Shown here: piece by piece, positions 27,112 to 37,672 of the stretch | Layout of the letters: the number at the start of each line of letters is the position of its first letter | Numbering within the stretch: the stretch's first letter is position 1 | Source: Bacteroidia bacterium | GTDB lineage: Bacteria > Bacteroidota > Bacteroidia > SpSt-205 | Reading direction: 5' to 3' | DNA: 64,000 bases | NCBI GenBank assembly: GCA_025059535.1 | Contig: JANXCX010000006.1 | Location: 10,913 to 74,912, forward strand | Made by a program: the position numbers and the translations under genes | The notes under the pieces: model-generated | The model's database searches: none | Seen by the model: only the letters and a program-made list of their open reading frames with translations | Told to the model about the DNA's origin: nothing

Positions 27112-27609
27112 ATGGAGGCCCCCCTTAACCGAGTAGAAGCGGCGGGGCTCCGCACTATAGATTTGACCCAGCTCCTCCCCCTCCCCCCTGTACGTCCACT
27201 GGACTTAGCTCAGTTTTTGGAGGAAGGGCTAGTTCTGCGGGAAAAGGCCTTTCGCACCGCTCTGGCCCAGCATGACTGGAAAGCCTATCAGGATGCCCTT
27301 GTACCTATCTTTGTCAGTACTGAGGCTATAGTTCCGCCCTGGGCCTTTCTTCTTGTGGGGATGTACTTAGCCCCTTATGCCCGCTACTATGGCGTAGGCC
27401 CCCCCGAAGCCGTCATAGAGCGCTACCAGCTCCTCCAATTTCAAGAACTTCCCTTAGAGCCCTTTCGGGACCAGAAAATTCTTCTCAAGGGCTGTGCGAA
27501 TCTCTCCCCCGCCATCCTTACCGAATTTTTTCGGCGCGTGATGCCGGTGGCACGGCTAGTATTCTATGGCGAGGCCTGCTCCAGCGTACCTATTTACAAG
27601 CGTAAATAA
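27112..27609 (+). CDS. DUF2480 family protein
   Basis: NRV...L.TIDL, LREK.FR, HDW..Y, AIVP.WA, KGC, YGEACSSVP. Confidence 0.88.
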   Translation: MEAPLNRVEAAGLRTIDLTQLLPLPPVRPLDLAQFLEEGLVLREKAFRTALAQHDWKAYQDALVPIFVSTEAIVPPWAFLLVGMYLAPYARYYGVGPPEAVIERYQLLQFQELPLEPFRDQKILLKGCANLSPAILTEFFRRVMPVARLVFYGEACSSVPIYKRK

Positions 27610-27622
27610 ATCACTCCAACCT

Positions 27623-28171
27623 ATGACGAAACCCCTGCGACTTTTTCTGATAGGTCTGATTGCTATGGTAGGCTGTATGCGGGAGCGACGAGATGGGGAC
27701 GAAACCGTAGGCCATGGTACCGTAACTACCCTTGAGCTGGGCCTGGTGAAAGGAAATGACACGATTTGGGGCCGGTATAAAGACCCCGATGGGTATGGGG
27801 GCCGCCCGCCTTCCGTAGACACGCTGCGCCCCGACCCAAACACCGAGTACAGCTACTTTATTCGCCTGCGTAATGAAAGCGGTAACCCTCCCGAAGACCT
27901 TACCCAGGCTATAATAGAGGGCCAGAAAGATTACCACCGTTTCTTTTTCCTTCTTGAACCGGAGACCCTTGCACAGGTGACCCCCCAGGATCAGGACAGC
28001 CGGGGTAAGCCCATAGGGGCAAAGGGAAAATGGGTTCAGGGCCCTTCCTCCATTCTTTCTGGCCGGGCTCGGATCCTTCTGCGGCACTATCTCAGCGCCG
28101 CGGATAAAGACTATGGCCTCGAGCGCGGGAGTACCGACATAGACGCGACCATCCCCGTAAAAGCCCCTTAG
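27623..28171 (+). CDS. Lipoprotein of the Bacteroidota DPDG.GG family (often found at metal-uptake loci)
   Basis: Lipobox MVGC; DPDGYGG, H.FFF, D..GKPIG, LRH, GSTDID. Confidence 0.7.
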   Translation: MTKPLRLFLIGLIAMVGCMRERRDGDETVGHGTVTTLELGLVKGNDTIWGRYKDPDGYGGRPPSVDTLRPDPNTEYSYFIRLRNESGNPPEDLTQAIIEGQKDYHRFFFLLEPETLAQVTPQDQDSRGKPIGAKGKWVQGPSSILSGRARILLRHYLSAADKDYGLERGSTDIDATIPVKAP

Positions 28172-28174
28172 ATT

Positions 28175-28555
28175 ATGAGCCTTTCTGCCCGGCGACACCT
28201 TCGTTCGCATGGGCTGCGCTGTACTGAGCCGCGCCGCTGCATAGTAGAGGCCCTCCGCAGCGGCCCTAAAACGCATGCCGAGCTCCTACGCCTTACGCGG
28301 TTAGATCGAGTAACCGTGTATCGCAACCTAATTACCCTACAACGAGTGGGACTTGTGTATCGGGTGTATTTTCCCGGCAAACCTCCCCTTTATGTACTTT
28401 GCCAGCAGGAGAAGCAGGGTACCCATGCGCATTTCTTTTGTCAGAAGTGTCATAAGGCATTTTGCCTCCCCTCAGAAGCCATTCAGCTAACGGGGGTTTG
28501 GGCGGGCCACACCGAGCGGATTATCCTATTCGGGCAGTGCCCGGAGTGCGGCTAG
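28175..28555 (+). CDS. Fur family regulator (Zur-like)
   Basis: LR.T..R, DRVTVYRNL, HAHFFCQKC, C-terminal CPEC. Confidence 0.9.
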   Translation: MSLSARRHLRSHGLRCTEPRRCIVEALRSGPKTHAELLRLTRLDRVTVYRNLITLQRVGLVYRVYFPGKPPLYVLCQQEKQGTHAHFFCQKCHKAFCLPSEAIQLTGVWAGHTERIILFGQCPECG

Positions 28556-29836
28556 CGCCTCCGCTACGAGGAAAAGACTACCCGTCACCAGTACACTAGC
28601 GTACTTCTCTAAGGCGGTTCGGAGCGCTACCTCTACCGAGGGGTACACAGCGCCTAGATACCCTAAAGGTTCCGCAAGAGCTTTTAGCTGCTCGGCGGGT
28701 AAAGCGCGCGAGGTCCGAGCGGCCGTAAAAAATACCTCTCCAGGCCAGCCGCCCAGCGCCTTCAGCGCTGCCTCTACGGCTTTTTCGCGCGAAAAGCCTA
28801 GTACAAGGGCCTGCGGCTTTATCGGTACATGCGAAAGGAACTGCCGCAAAGCCCAGAAAGCCGGTTCGTTATGGGCCACATCCAGGAGAAGCCAGCGGTC
28901 TTTCTTTCGTACCCACTGACCCCGGCCATAAAGAGGGGCTTCTTGGGCTGCTCGGCGAATCCCCAGGCGTAAGGCCATATCGGAAATCTTCCATCCCATC
29001 AGGCGCAGTACCCCCACAACTTGAAGAACTGTAGCAAGGTTATACCCCTGATAATCCCCGGTAAGGTCGCATTCCCACAGCGTGCCCGTTTGAGGGTCTC
29101 GGAAGAGCCGATAGAGCGCACTATCCGATTCTACCCACCCCTCCGCCAGCAGGGGGTAAGGAGTGATGTAAAGCGGGGCCTGCCTGAGGGTGGCCACCCG
29201 CTGGCAAGCCGTCAACGCCGCTGGGGGCAGCTCTGGCCCCAACACCACCGGCCGAAAAGGCTTTATAATGCCAGCTTTCTGGGTCGCAATTGCCTCAAGG
29301 GAGGCGCCCAGTACCTCCATATGGTCCCATCCGATAGAGGTGATGACGGACAGAAGCGGCGAAATGATATTCGTAGCATCCCAAGTGCCCCCTAAGCCTA
29401 CCTCTACCACCGCAATATCCACCGCCGCTTCGGCAAACCAGGCAAGGCTCAGACCAACCGTGACCTCAAAAAAGGAGAGATTTTCAGTGGTTATAAAATT
29501 AGCCCACCGCTCCAGAAAGGCGTCTACCCAAGCAGCGGGCGGCTCCTGGCCGTTTACCCGGAGCCGCTCCGTAAAGGTGAAAAAATGGGGCGAGGTATGA
29601 AATCCCACCTTATAGCCGGCTTGACGCAGGATATTAGCCAGTAGGGCGGCGACAGAGCCCTTCCCATTTGTGCCCGCTATGTGGAGGATGGGGTAACGGC
29701 GATGGGGATGGCCAAGGGCGGCATCCCATTTCTCTATGAAGGCTAAGGTGGGGTGGAGCGCCTTTCGGCCAGCCTGCTCATAAGCTTGCAAGCGCTCGTA
29801 CAGCCAGGCTTGCCACTGCGCCAGGGTGCGTGGCAC
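28526..29836 (-). CDS. folC: Folylpolyglutamate synthase/dihydrofolate synthase
   Basis: HIAGTNGKGS, TSPH, EVGLGG..DATN, DVAHN, TGSLFLV. Confidence 0.95.
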   Translation of the reverse strand: MPRTLAQWQAWLYERLQAYEQAGRKALHPTLAFIEKWDAALGHPHRRYPILHIAGTNGKGSVAALLANILRQAGYKVGFHTSPHFFTFTERLRVNGQEPPAAWVDAFLERWANFITTENLSFFEVTVGLSLAWFAEAAVDIAVVEVGLGGTWDATNIISPLLSVITSIGWDHMEVLGASLEAIATQKAGIIKPFRPVVLGPELPPAALTACQRVATLRQAPLYITPYPLLAEGWVESDSALYRLFRDPQTGTLWECDLTGDYQGYNLATVLQVVGVLRLMGWKISDMALRLGIRRAAQEAPLYGRGQWVRKKDRWLLLDVAHNEPAFWALRQFLSHVPIKPQALVLGFSREKAVEAALKALGGWPGEVFFTAARTSRALPAEQLKALAEPLGYLGAVYPSVEVALRTALEKYASVLVTGSLFLVAEALAALRALPE

Positions 29837-29869
29837 CCTGCGAAGGTAGAGAAAGGCTACTTTTGTAGC

Positions 29870-31558
29870 ATGGAGCTTTTCCTTTCGGCGGCGCCGCGAG
29901 CCGAACTATGGGCTAAGCATCAGCCACGCCTCCTTGCGGCGCGCAAGGCCTGGCAGCAGCGCACCTTCTGGGTTGGCTACCCTGAAGACCCTAAAAGCTA
30001 TCCTGAAACGGCGGCCGCTCAGGGCGAAGCCGACTTCCAAGCCCAGCTCCAAAAGCCCTTCCGAAGGCTTCGGCAGGAAAGTTCTACCTGGCTTACCTCC
30101 GACGAAGTTTCCCCCTACACGCAAGCGCATTTAGGCATAAGCTATCCCCAATCTTCCCCCGACCGCCTTATCCGAAAGGCCGAAGAAGCCTTAGCTGTAT
30201 GGCGCTGGGTACCTTGGAACGAACGGCTGGGTGTCCTTATGGAAAGCCTAGAGCGATTTGCCGAGAGGTTCTTTGAGGTGGCGCATGCTACGCTGCATAC
30301 GACGGGGCAAGCCTGGATGATGGCCTTTCAGGCCTCTGGCCCGCATGCGGCAGACCGGGCCCTGGAAGCCTTAGCCGTAGCCTACCATGAGCTAGAGGCG
30401 ATTCCCTCCCATGTCCGATGGGAAAAAGAAGCCGGACGCAGCCGCATCGTCATAGAGAAATACTTTTTCCCTCAGCCAGAGGGGATCTCGCTTCACATTG
30501 GCGTATCTACTTTTCCGGTTTGGAATACTTTACCAGGCCTTTATGCCAGTTTAGCGGTGGGCAGCCCCGTTATCCTCAAGCCGCACCCTCGCGCCATATA
30601 CCCTATCGCTATCGTAGCAGCGGTACTTCAGCAAACTTTTGCCGACTATGATTTGCCCCCTGAGATTGTGCAGCTTGCTGTGGATACGGTAGCGGCCCCC
30701 ATCACGAAGCAGCTCGCCGAACACCCTGCCATACGGATTATAGATTACACGGGCGGGCCAGAATTCGGCGCCTACTTGGAAAGCCTTCCAGGCAAAATCA
30801 CCTTTCTGGAAAAAGCTGGCGTAAATGGGGTACTTTTAGAAAGCGTAACTGACCTGGAGGCCGTGGCAAAGAATATAGCCTTTTCAGCCAGTCTTTATAG
30901 CGGGCAGATGTGCACTGCTCCGCAAAATGTGTATATTCCCCGAACGGGCGTGCGAACGCCGCAAGGCATAGTTTCCTATGAGACCGTTACGGAAATAGTG
31001 CAAAAGGCCATAGATGATTTAGCCAGTCATCCTAAAGCGGCACCGGCCATTTTGGGGGCTTTGCAAAACGCTGGGGTGGCCGAGCGCATTGCGCGCCTAA
31101 GCCAGCAGGTACAGGTACGGAGGCCTGCGCAGGCCTATACCCATCCGCAGTTTGCTCAGGCACGCACCCTCACGCCCTTAGTGGCGGAGGTAGCGCAGCC
31201 CGAAGATCCCCCCGTTCTTCATGAGCACTTCGGCCCTCGGCTCCTCTTTATTCCCGTCCGCAGCGCCGAGGAAGGCCTGGACGCGCTCTGCCAGCTGGCG
31301 CGCACCAGAGGCATGTTGGCTTGCGCCCTCTACACCACCGACCCGAGCTTCCAGAGCCGAGCGGTTCGTCAGCTTACCGAAGCCGGCGTAGCCCCAAGCC
31401 TCAACTTCCATGGCCAGGCTTTTATCAACCAGAGCGTAGCATTTTCGGATTTTCACGGAACAGGGGCTAACCCCGCCGGCAATGCCTCCTTTACGGATAC
31501 CAGTTTTATCGTCAAGCGCTTCCGCTGGCTGCAGGTGCGCCACTGCCTCGCAGGCTAA
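29870..31558 (+). CDS. paaN: PaaN-type aldehyde dehydrogenase (phenylacetate degradation family)
   Basis: MMAFQASGPHA.DR.LE, TFPVWN, SLYSGQMCTAPQN, NQS.AFSDFH.TG.NPA; start 4 nt after TACTTTTG (29858-29865). Confidence 0.88.
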   Translation: MELFLSAAPRAELWAKHQPRLLAARKAWQQRTFWVGYPEDPKSYPETAAAQGEADFQAQLQKPFRRLRQESSTWLTSDEVSPYTQAHLGISYPQSSPDRLIRKAEEALAVWRWVPWNERLGVLMESLERFAERFFEVAHATLHTTGQAWMMAFQASGPHAADRALEALAVAYHELEAIPSHVRWEKEAGRSRIVIEKYFFPQPEGISLHIGVSTFPVWNTLPGLYASLAVGSPVILKPHPRAIYPIAIVAAVLQQTFADYDLPPEIVQLAVDTVAAPITKQLAEHPAIRIIDYTGGPEFGAYLESLPGKITFLEKAGVNGVLLESVTDLEAVAKNIAFSASLYSGQMCTAPQNVYIPRTGVRTPQGIVSYETVTEIVQKAIDDLASHPKAAPAILGALQNAGVAERIARLSQQVQVRRPAQAYTHPQFAQARTLTPLVAEVAQPEDPPVLHEHFGPRLLFIPVRSAEEGLDALCQLARTRGMLACALYTTDPSFQSRAVRQLTEAGVAPSLNFHGQAFINQSVAFSDFHGTGANPAGNASFTDTSFIVKRFRWLQVRHCLAG

Positions 31559-31559
31559 G

Positions 31560-32660
31560 CTATACGGCGAAACGGAAGTAAATAATATCCCCATCCTGCA
31601 CGATATAATCTTTGCCCTCTAGGCGGCGCTTGCCCGCAGCTTGGGCTTCCATTTCACCTCCACAGGCGATGAAATCGGCAAAGGCCGTTACTTCCGCCCG
31701 AATGAAGCCCTGTTCCATATCCGAGTGGATGCGGCCAGCGGCTTGAGGGGCGCGCACGCCTTGCGGTAAGGTCCAGGCGCGGATTTCCTTAGGCCCTAGG
31801 GTAAAGAAGGTGATAAGCCCCAACAGTTTATAGGCCGCACGGATAAGCTGATGTAGCGCAGGTTCCTTGAGGCCATACAGACGGAGGAAGTCGGTTCTTT
31901 CCTCGGGTGGGAGCTGGGCTATCTGCGCCTCTAAAGCTGCGCACAGGGTGAGCGCAGGGGCGCCTTCGGCCGCTGCGAGAGCAGCCACCGCCTCACTGAA
32001 CGCATTTCCCTCAGGCAAACTGGCCTCAGCTACATTAGCCACATACAGCACCGGCTTGAGGGTAAGGAATTGGAAAGGGGCTAAGAGGCTCTGCTCCTCA
32101 GCGTCTAAAGGGAGGGTACGAAGGGGCTGAGCAGCTTGAAGATGGGCTTCGGCGCGCTGGAGCAACACCCAGCGCTTTACCTCTTCGGGAGTGCCCTGAA
32201 GGCGCGCCGCCTTCTCCACCTTCTGAAGCGCCCGCTGAAGCGTCTCTAAATCCTTGAGCTGAAGTTCTAAATCTACTATTTCTTTGTCCCGTATAGGGTC
32301 TGGGGCGCCCTCCACATGAATAATCTCAGGATCCTCAAAGCAGCGTAGGACATGAATGATAGCATCTACTGCGCGGATGTGTGCAAGGAATTGATTGCCT
32401 AAGCCAGCGCCGGCGTGAGCTCCCCGTACTAATCCCGCAATATCCACTACCGTGAGAGTGGCTGGGGTAACCTTTTGCGTAGGGACTAAGGCGGCCAGCT
32501 GGTCTAGCCGGGGATCCGGCACTGGTACAATAGCCCGATTAGGTTCAACGGTACAAAAAGGAAAGTTAGCCGCGGCGGCCAGCGCACTGCCTGCCAGGGC
32601 ATTGAATAAGGTGGATTTGCCTACATTCGGTAGGCCCACTATCCCACAGGCTAAACCCAT
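31560..32660 (-). CDS. ychF: Redox-regulated ATPase YchF
   Basis: [39 protein letters not shown]. Confidence 0.97.
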   Translation of the reverse strand: MGLACGIVGLPNVGKSTLFNALAGSALAAAANFPFCTVEPNRAIVPVPDPRLDQLAALVPTQKVTPATLTVVDIAGLVRGAHAGAGLGNQFLAHIRAVDAIIHVLRCFEDPEIIHVEGAPDPIRDKEIVDLELQLKDLETLQRALQKVEKAARLQGTPEEVKRWVLLQRAEAHLQAAQPLRTLPLDAEEQSLLAPFQFLTLKPVLYVANVAEASLPEGNAFSEAVAALAAAEGAPALTLCAALEAQIAQLPPEERTDFLRLYGLKEPALHQLIRAAYKLLGLITFFTLGPKEIRAWTLPQGVRAPQAAGRIHSDMEQGFIRAEVTAFADFIACGGEMEAQAAGKRRLEGKDYIVQDGDIIYFRFAV

Positions 32661-32680
32661 GCAGGCAAATTTGGCCGCTA

Positions 32681-34570
32681 TTACCGGACAATAAGCGGCA
32701 CGCGCGGGCCGCTTGGAATGAAGCCGTGCTTGCGCGACCAAAATCCAAATTGCACCCAGTAACGGCCCTCATACTCAGGTTCCATCGGTACAAAAACACC
32801 CTGCACATAGCGGCGCGGCAAATCCCGCTCCCAGTTGTTGAAGGGATAATGCTGCATAATGCGCTTGCCCTCTTTATCGTAAATCTCATAGCTAATTCCT
32901 ACCGCTACCGAATCCGTAGGCAGGCATGGAAGGCGTTCGGCGTAGTCCTGAAAAAGATACACTTCGGCTATAGTATAGCCGCTGCTATACCCCGCTTGCC
33001 GCGAAATGCGCAGCAGGGTATCTTTAGGCCAGAGGCGGAGCTTCCCGGACTCCAGGGCCTCATAGACCACCGACGTCTGGGGATGTGTAAGGATTTGGTA
33101 GGGCCCGTCGGGCACGCGAAAGTAGCGTGGATTGAGCCGGGCAAATTGAACTTCCAGCGGCTTCCACGGCGGGCCCAAGACGTAAGTATGGTGCGTGGCG
33201 CGCGCTAGTGAGTCCATATCGGCTATATCTCCTGTGAGGACAAAAAGCCCTATACTATCTCGGCCCAAACTGGCGGCATAGAGCAGGCTGCTCATAGACC
33301 ATGCATAGGCCGTCCATACGTAGTAGTTAAATTCGGGCGTTAGACTGGCAAAATGAAGTATGGCCTTGAATTCACCTTCTTTTCGGCAACTTTCTACTAA
33401 GCGGCGGGTATGACCAAGGCTTAGCTCAAGGGTGCGCGCCGAGTAGCCAATTCTAATCGCATTTTCCATCACCATGCCTGCGGTGAAGAGGCTAGCGATT
33501 ATTTTTTCGCTGGGTCTTTTTAGGTAAGCGATGGCGGTGAGCGTCCCTACGCCTAAGAGGACAATAACACCAAGTCCATAGAACTCCATGGCGGCAGGGT
33601 GCTCGCCCTGCCAAAGGTAGATAGCAAGATAAAGGGCCGCCGCTAAGCTGGCGCTCCCTATAGCCAGTAAGAGGCCTAACCCACGCCAGCCATATCCTAC
33701 AGGTAGGTAAAGCCCCACTAGGGCTACAACTATCAAGCTAAAGGGATGATGGAAGGGGTAGAAGTACCTAAGGTGAAGGCCCATTCGTGAGGCCATAAAG
33801 CCTTCGGTAAAGAGCGTGCGGAGCTTAGGTAGCAGCTCACTTAGCGGCACGGCCTTCGTAGCCTCATAGCCGGTCAGAAATACAAAGTATTTCAGGGCTA
33901 CCAGAGTAAGGGTCAAGCCTAGCAAACTAGCGCCGAGCCAGCGGTCCTTTTGGTCACTAAGAAAAAAGGTCAGCAAAGCCCCTTCCAGAAGCGCAAAACC
34001 GCTTATAGGATGAGCAAAGAAGAGCCCAGCTACCGCTAGGCTAAGCCCCAGCGCTAAGTAAAAGTAGCGCCTATGAGAGGTCCTTTGAAAGGCCATAAGC
34101 CAAATGGCTGTACTACTCCCAGCCAAAGAGAGAGCCAGCGTAGCGGAATTTGTACTGTAAAACACATCGCGCGAAAGAAGGTACGGTAGAGCAGGCAGAA
34201 AGGCCAAGCATTTTTCTTCCAAAGTACGGGCCAGTCTGTACACCACTATAAATCCCAAGAACCCAACCAGAAGGTAGCCTAAAGAAAACAGGGCTACAAC
34301 TACGCGAAAGGGTAGGCCCAGCTTTACGCCCAGCCAGGTGGGGCCATGCGCCAGAAGATGGGCGTAACGCTGATGGTCAATAGCTATATCCCCAAGGGCT
34401 ACAAGGCGATACAAAAGATAAGACCAGTCGTACCAAAAGGCCCTTTCCTGAGCAAACCTCAGAGAAAGGAGGGCAAAATAGATCCACAATCCCCAGCCTA
34501 GGCGCAGTAGGAGTTTCTGAAAAATCCTACTTAGTTCCTCCTGGGCTGGCGCAGAGAGGAGGAACGGCAT
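32681..34570 (-). CDS. Polytopic membrane protein (possible GT-C-fold glycosyltransferase)
   Basis: About 11-12 hydrophobic segments, ER.F.YD in the first loop, soluble C-terminal domain; start 6 nt after TATCTTTG (34577-34584). Confidence 0.55.
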   Translation of the reverse strand: MPFLLSAPAQEELSRIFQKLLLRLGWGLWIYFALLSLRFAQERAFWYDWSYLLYRLVALGDIAIDHQRYAHLLAHGPTWLGVKLGLPFRVVVALFSLGYLLVGFLGFIVVYRLARTLEEKCLAFLPALPYLLSRDVFYSTNSATLALSLAGSSTAIWLMAFQRTSHRRYFYLALGLSLAVAGLFFAHPISGFALLEGALLTFFLSDQKDRWLGASLLGLTLTLVALKYFVFLTGYEATKAVPLSELLPKLRTLFTEGFMASRMGLHLRYFYPFHHPFSLIVVALVGLYLPVGYGWRGLGLLLAIGSASLAAALYLAIYLWQGEHPAAMEFYGLGVIVLLGVGTLTAIAYLKRPSEKIIASLFTAGMVMENAIRIGYSARTLELSLGHTRRLVESCRKEGEFKAILHFASLTPEFNYYVWTAYAWSMSSLLYAASLGRDSIGLFVLTGDIADMDSLARATHHTYVLGPPWKPLEVQFARLNPRYFRVPDGPYQILTHPQTSVVYEALESGKLRLWPKDTLLRISRQAGYSSGYTIAEVYLFQDYAERLPCLPTDSVAVGISYEIYDKEGKRIMQHYPFNNWERDLPRRYVQGVFVPMEPEYEGRYWVQFGFWSRKHGFIPSGPRVPLIVR

Positions 34571-34627
34571 TGTGGCCAAAGATAGCGGGAAGCCGTGAGG
34601 CATAGGCATTTCGCCGTATTTTTGGCC

Positions 34628-37600
34628 ATGCGCCGGCTTTTGTATGGTCTGGCAGGAGGGCTGGGCATTCTCCTTTTGCTAGCCCTGATTATACCCTTTT
34701 TCCTGCGCGATAAGGTGGATGCACTCCTAAAAGCCCAAATAAATAAAAGCCTCAACGCCCTGGTGGATTACAATCGGCTGAGCCTTTCTTTCTTTCGGCA
34801 CTTTCCGGCCCTTACTCTTCGGCTAGAGGGACTTAGAGTGGTGAATAAAGCTCCCTTTACGGGGGATACGCTGCTGGCGTGTGAGGCCCTGGATGTGGGA
34901 GTAAATGCGTGGAAGGCTCTGAAAGGAGAGATAGAGGTTACGCGGCTTTATCTTATTCGGCCGCGCATTCTAGCGCAGGTACGTCGCGATGGCCAGGCCA
35001 GCTGGGCGATTACCTTGCCCGATACGGCTGCTGCGCCCAAGACCGCTGAACGCCCTGATACGGGCGCTTTTCGCTTAGCGCTTCATCGGTATGTCATCCA
35101 GGACGGCTGGGTGGCTTACTATGACTCCGCTAAAGGCCTTTTTGCCCGACTGGAAGGCCTCACCCACACCGGCAAAGGGGACTTTAGCCAAAAGGAATTG
35201 CAGCTGGAAACCGACACGCGCATTGCGCGCACCTTCTTCGCTATGGGTGAGACAAGCTATCTCACAGGCCAGAGGCTGACGGCCGGCATAGATTTAGACA
35301 TAGACTTTCCGAATGCGCGCTATACCCTTCGGCGGGGCTTAGTGCAGCTAAACGACCTCAGGCTGGAGCTTAGCGGTAAGGTCAGCCGGCCCGATACTCT
35401 CACTACCCTATTGGACTTGCGCTTTGCTGCTCCGAAAGCCTCCCTGAAAGAGCTTCTCTCCCTCATACCTGCCGTTTTTCGGAAGGGTTATGAGAGCCTT
35501 TCCACGGAAGGGGCTTTGACGCTGGAGGGGTATGTGCAGGGGGAGCTGCGAGATTCCCTCTTGCCTGCTTTTGGGCTCTCCTTGCGTGTGGAAAAGGGCA
35601 AGTTAATCTACAAGGACCTACCTAAGCCGCTGGAAGATGTGGAAATACGCCTCAAAGTAGAAAATCCTGCCGCCACCTTAGAAAGCCTACAGGTAGCCTT
35701 AGACACTTTTTACCTGCGCGCTGGGAGTACGCAGCTTAGCCTACGCTACCGCAGCCAAGGCCTAAGTACCCTCAACCTGGAAGCTACTGCCACGGGCCAA
35801 GGTAACTTAGCCGATTTTGCCAGCGCCTTACCTTTAGGCTATGAACTGCGCGGAAACTTTGACTTAGCCGCAAATATCCAAGGCGTTTATGCCAAAAATC
35901 GCTTCCCGGCTATTACGGGCCGCTTCAGCCTGCAAGAGGGGTATGTCAAGGCTGCGGCTTTTCCCACAGCGGCCGAAAACATCGCCATAGAATTTGTGGC
36001 GGAAAGTCCCGATGCCTCACCCGCCCGCACTACAGCCACCCTACGACGCCTTTATGCCGTAATAGCCGGCGAACCCATAGAAGCTAATCTCAGCCTACAG
36101 AACTTAGAAGCCCTCAATTACCAAGCCGAAATAAAAGCCCGAGTGGACTTAGAGAAGCTGGCGCACCTTTTACCCTTAGACAGCACCCAGCTGGTGGGTA
36201 AGGTGGCGCTACAGCTCAGCACGCGTGGCAGTCGAGAGGCTCTGGAGAAGCACGATTATACCCGCCTCCCTACACAGGGTTCCCTTACGATTCAAAATCT
36301 CGCTTACCGCAGCCCCGCTCTGCCGCAGGGCCTGAATATCCAGCAGGCTAGCTTCAGCTTTACGCCACGCTATGCGGAGCTGCAAGGTTATAAAGGGACC
36401 ATAGGAAACTCGGATATCGCGCTGGACGGCCGCCTAGAAAATTATCTTGGCTACCTCATTAAAGATGAAAAAATCATAGGCCAACTTAGCCTGAAAAGTA
36501 ACTACTTGGACCTCAACCCGTGGATCTCCAAGGAGCCTACCCCTCAGCCTCAGCAGCCAGCCGATACCAGCGCGCCCTTGGAAGTGGTGGTACTTCCCGC
36601 CAATATAGACTTTACCTTTGAGGCCCAGATAGGCGAGCTGGTATATGAAAAAATGCGGTTTCGCCAGGCACGCGGGCGCATCATTCTACGGGATCAGGCG
36701 CTTAGGCTAGAAGGGTTTGAAATGGAAGGCTTTGGAGGTAAATTTGCCCTAACGGGTAGTTATATTGCCCCCGATAAGCAAAAGGCCCGCTGGGATATGG
36801 GGTTTGAGCTGCGTGGGGTGCAAGTAGAGGAAGTAGTACCGCATTTCCCCAGCATTCAGAAGCTGAGCCCGATTGTAAAGCGTACCCGCGGTCAGGTTAG
36901 CCTTTCGCTCAAGGCCGCCAGCGCCTTGAAGCCTGACCTTACCCCTGATTTAGCCACACTTTCAGGAAGTGGCCTGGCCGAAGTCTTGCAAGCTACCGTA
37001 GAGGGGTCAACGGCCCTTTCGGCCTTTTCGGCCGCCGCCAAACTTCCGGCTCTCACTCCTTTGCAGCTAAGTAACACCCGTATTCGCTTCCAGCTGCGAA
37101 ACGGTGAGCTTTTAGTAGAGCCTTTTACCGTAGCCGCTGGCCAATACAAGCTGGAGGTAGGCGGGGTAACCCGCTTAGATCAAACGATGGATTATGTGAT
37201 GGGAGTGGAAGTGCCGGCGGGCTGGGCGCAAGGAGCCCTTCAAGCCCTAGGCCTACCCTTAGCCGAGGGAACCACAGTGCGGCTGCTGGCAGAGGTAGGC
37301 GGTAGCGTAACTCAGCCGAAAGTAAAAGGTATTCGGCCAGCGCAGGGACGTGGAGGCGGAGGCGTTTCCGAAGCCGTTACGGCTCGCTTAGAAGCCGAAA
37401 AGCAGCGTTTGGAAGCCGAGCGGCGTGCCCGAGAGGATAGCCTACGCCGAGCCTTAGAGCAAAAACAGCGCGAGGAGGCCGAGCGGCTGCGTCGGGAGGC
37501 GGAGGAGCGCGCCCGTCAGGAGCAAGAACGGCTGCGGCGCGAGGCCGAAGAACGCGCCCGCCAGGAACAAGAGCGCCTGCAGCGCGAAGCCGAAGAACGC

Positions 37601-37672
37601 GCCCGCCAGCTGGAGGAGGAAAAACGCAAAAAGGAAGAAGAGCTACGCCGCCGCCTTCCCTTTGGTCGCTGA
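34628..37672 (+). CDS. AsmA family (lipid-bridge-like) protein
   Basis: N-terminal TM, LSFFRHFP.L, long beta-rich body, GG..T.PKV then a charged tail; TATTTTTG at 34617-34624. Confidence 0.88.
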   Translation: MRRLLYGLAGGLGILLLLALIIPFFLRDKVDALLKAQINKSLNALVDYNRLSLSFFRHFPALTLRLEGLRVVNKAPFTGDTLLACEALDVGVNAWKALKGEIEVTRLYLIRPRILAQVRRDGQASWAITLPDTAAAPKTAERPDTGAFRLALHRYVIQDGWVAYYDSAKGLFARLEGLTHTGKGDFSQKELQLETDTRIARTFFAMGETSYLTGQRLTAGIDLDIDFPNARYTLRRGLVQLNDLRLELSGKVSRPDTLTTLLDLRFAAPKASLKELLSLIPAVFRKGYESLSTEGALTLEGYVQGELRDSLLPAFGLSLRVEKGKLIYKDLPKPLEDVEIRLKVENPAATLESLQVALDTFYLRAGSTQLSLRYRSQGLSTLNLEATATGQGNLADFASALPLGYELRGNFDLAANIQGVYAKNRFPAITGRFSLQEGYVKAAAFPTAAENIAIEFVAESPDASPARTTATLRRLYAVIAGEPIEANLSLQNLEALNYQAEIKARVDLEKLAHLLPLDSTQLVGKVALQLSTRGSREALEKHDYTRLPTQGSLTIQNLAYRSPALPQGLNIQQASFSFTPRYAELQGYKGTIGNSDIALDGRLENYLGYLIKDEKIIGQLSLKSNYLDLNPWISKEPTPQPQQPADTSAPLEVVVLPANIDFTFEAQIGELVYEKMRFRQARGRIILRDQALRLEGFEMEGFGGKFALTGSYIAPDKQKARWDMGFELRGVQVEEVVPHFPSIQKLSPIVKRTRGQVSLSLKAASALKPDLTPDLATLSGSGLAEVLQATVEGSTALSAFSAAAKLPALTPLQLSNTRIRFQLRNGELLVEPFTVAAGQYKLEVGGVTRLDQTMDYVMGVEVPAGWAQGALQALGLPLAEGTTVRLLAEVGGSVTQPKVKGIRPAQGRGGGGVSEAVTARLEAEKQRLEAERRAREDSLRRALEQKQREEAERLRREAEERARQEQERLRREAEERARQEQERLQREAEERARQLEEEKRKKEEELRRRLPFGR
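37481..37615 (+). repeat. Three 45-bp in-frame tandem repeats (ERLRREAEERARQEQ)
   Basis: Units at 37481, 37526 and 37571 with mostly synonymous differences. Confidence 0.85.

Noticed and set aside
27611-28276. Long antisense ORFs (221 aa here; also 22669-23244, 32726-33208 and 63511-63966)
   Set aside because: Shadow or alternate frames of well-supported genes in GC-rich DNA, with no recognisable motifs
29870-31558. paaN without the rest of the paa cluster
   Set aside because: Gene order here is generally scrambled; the other paa genes may lie outside the window
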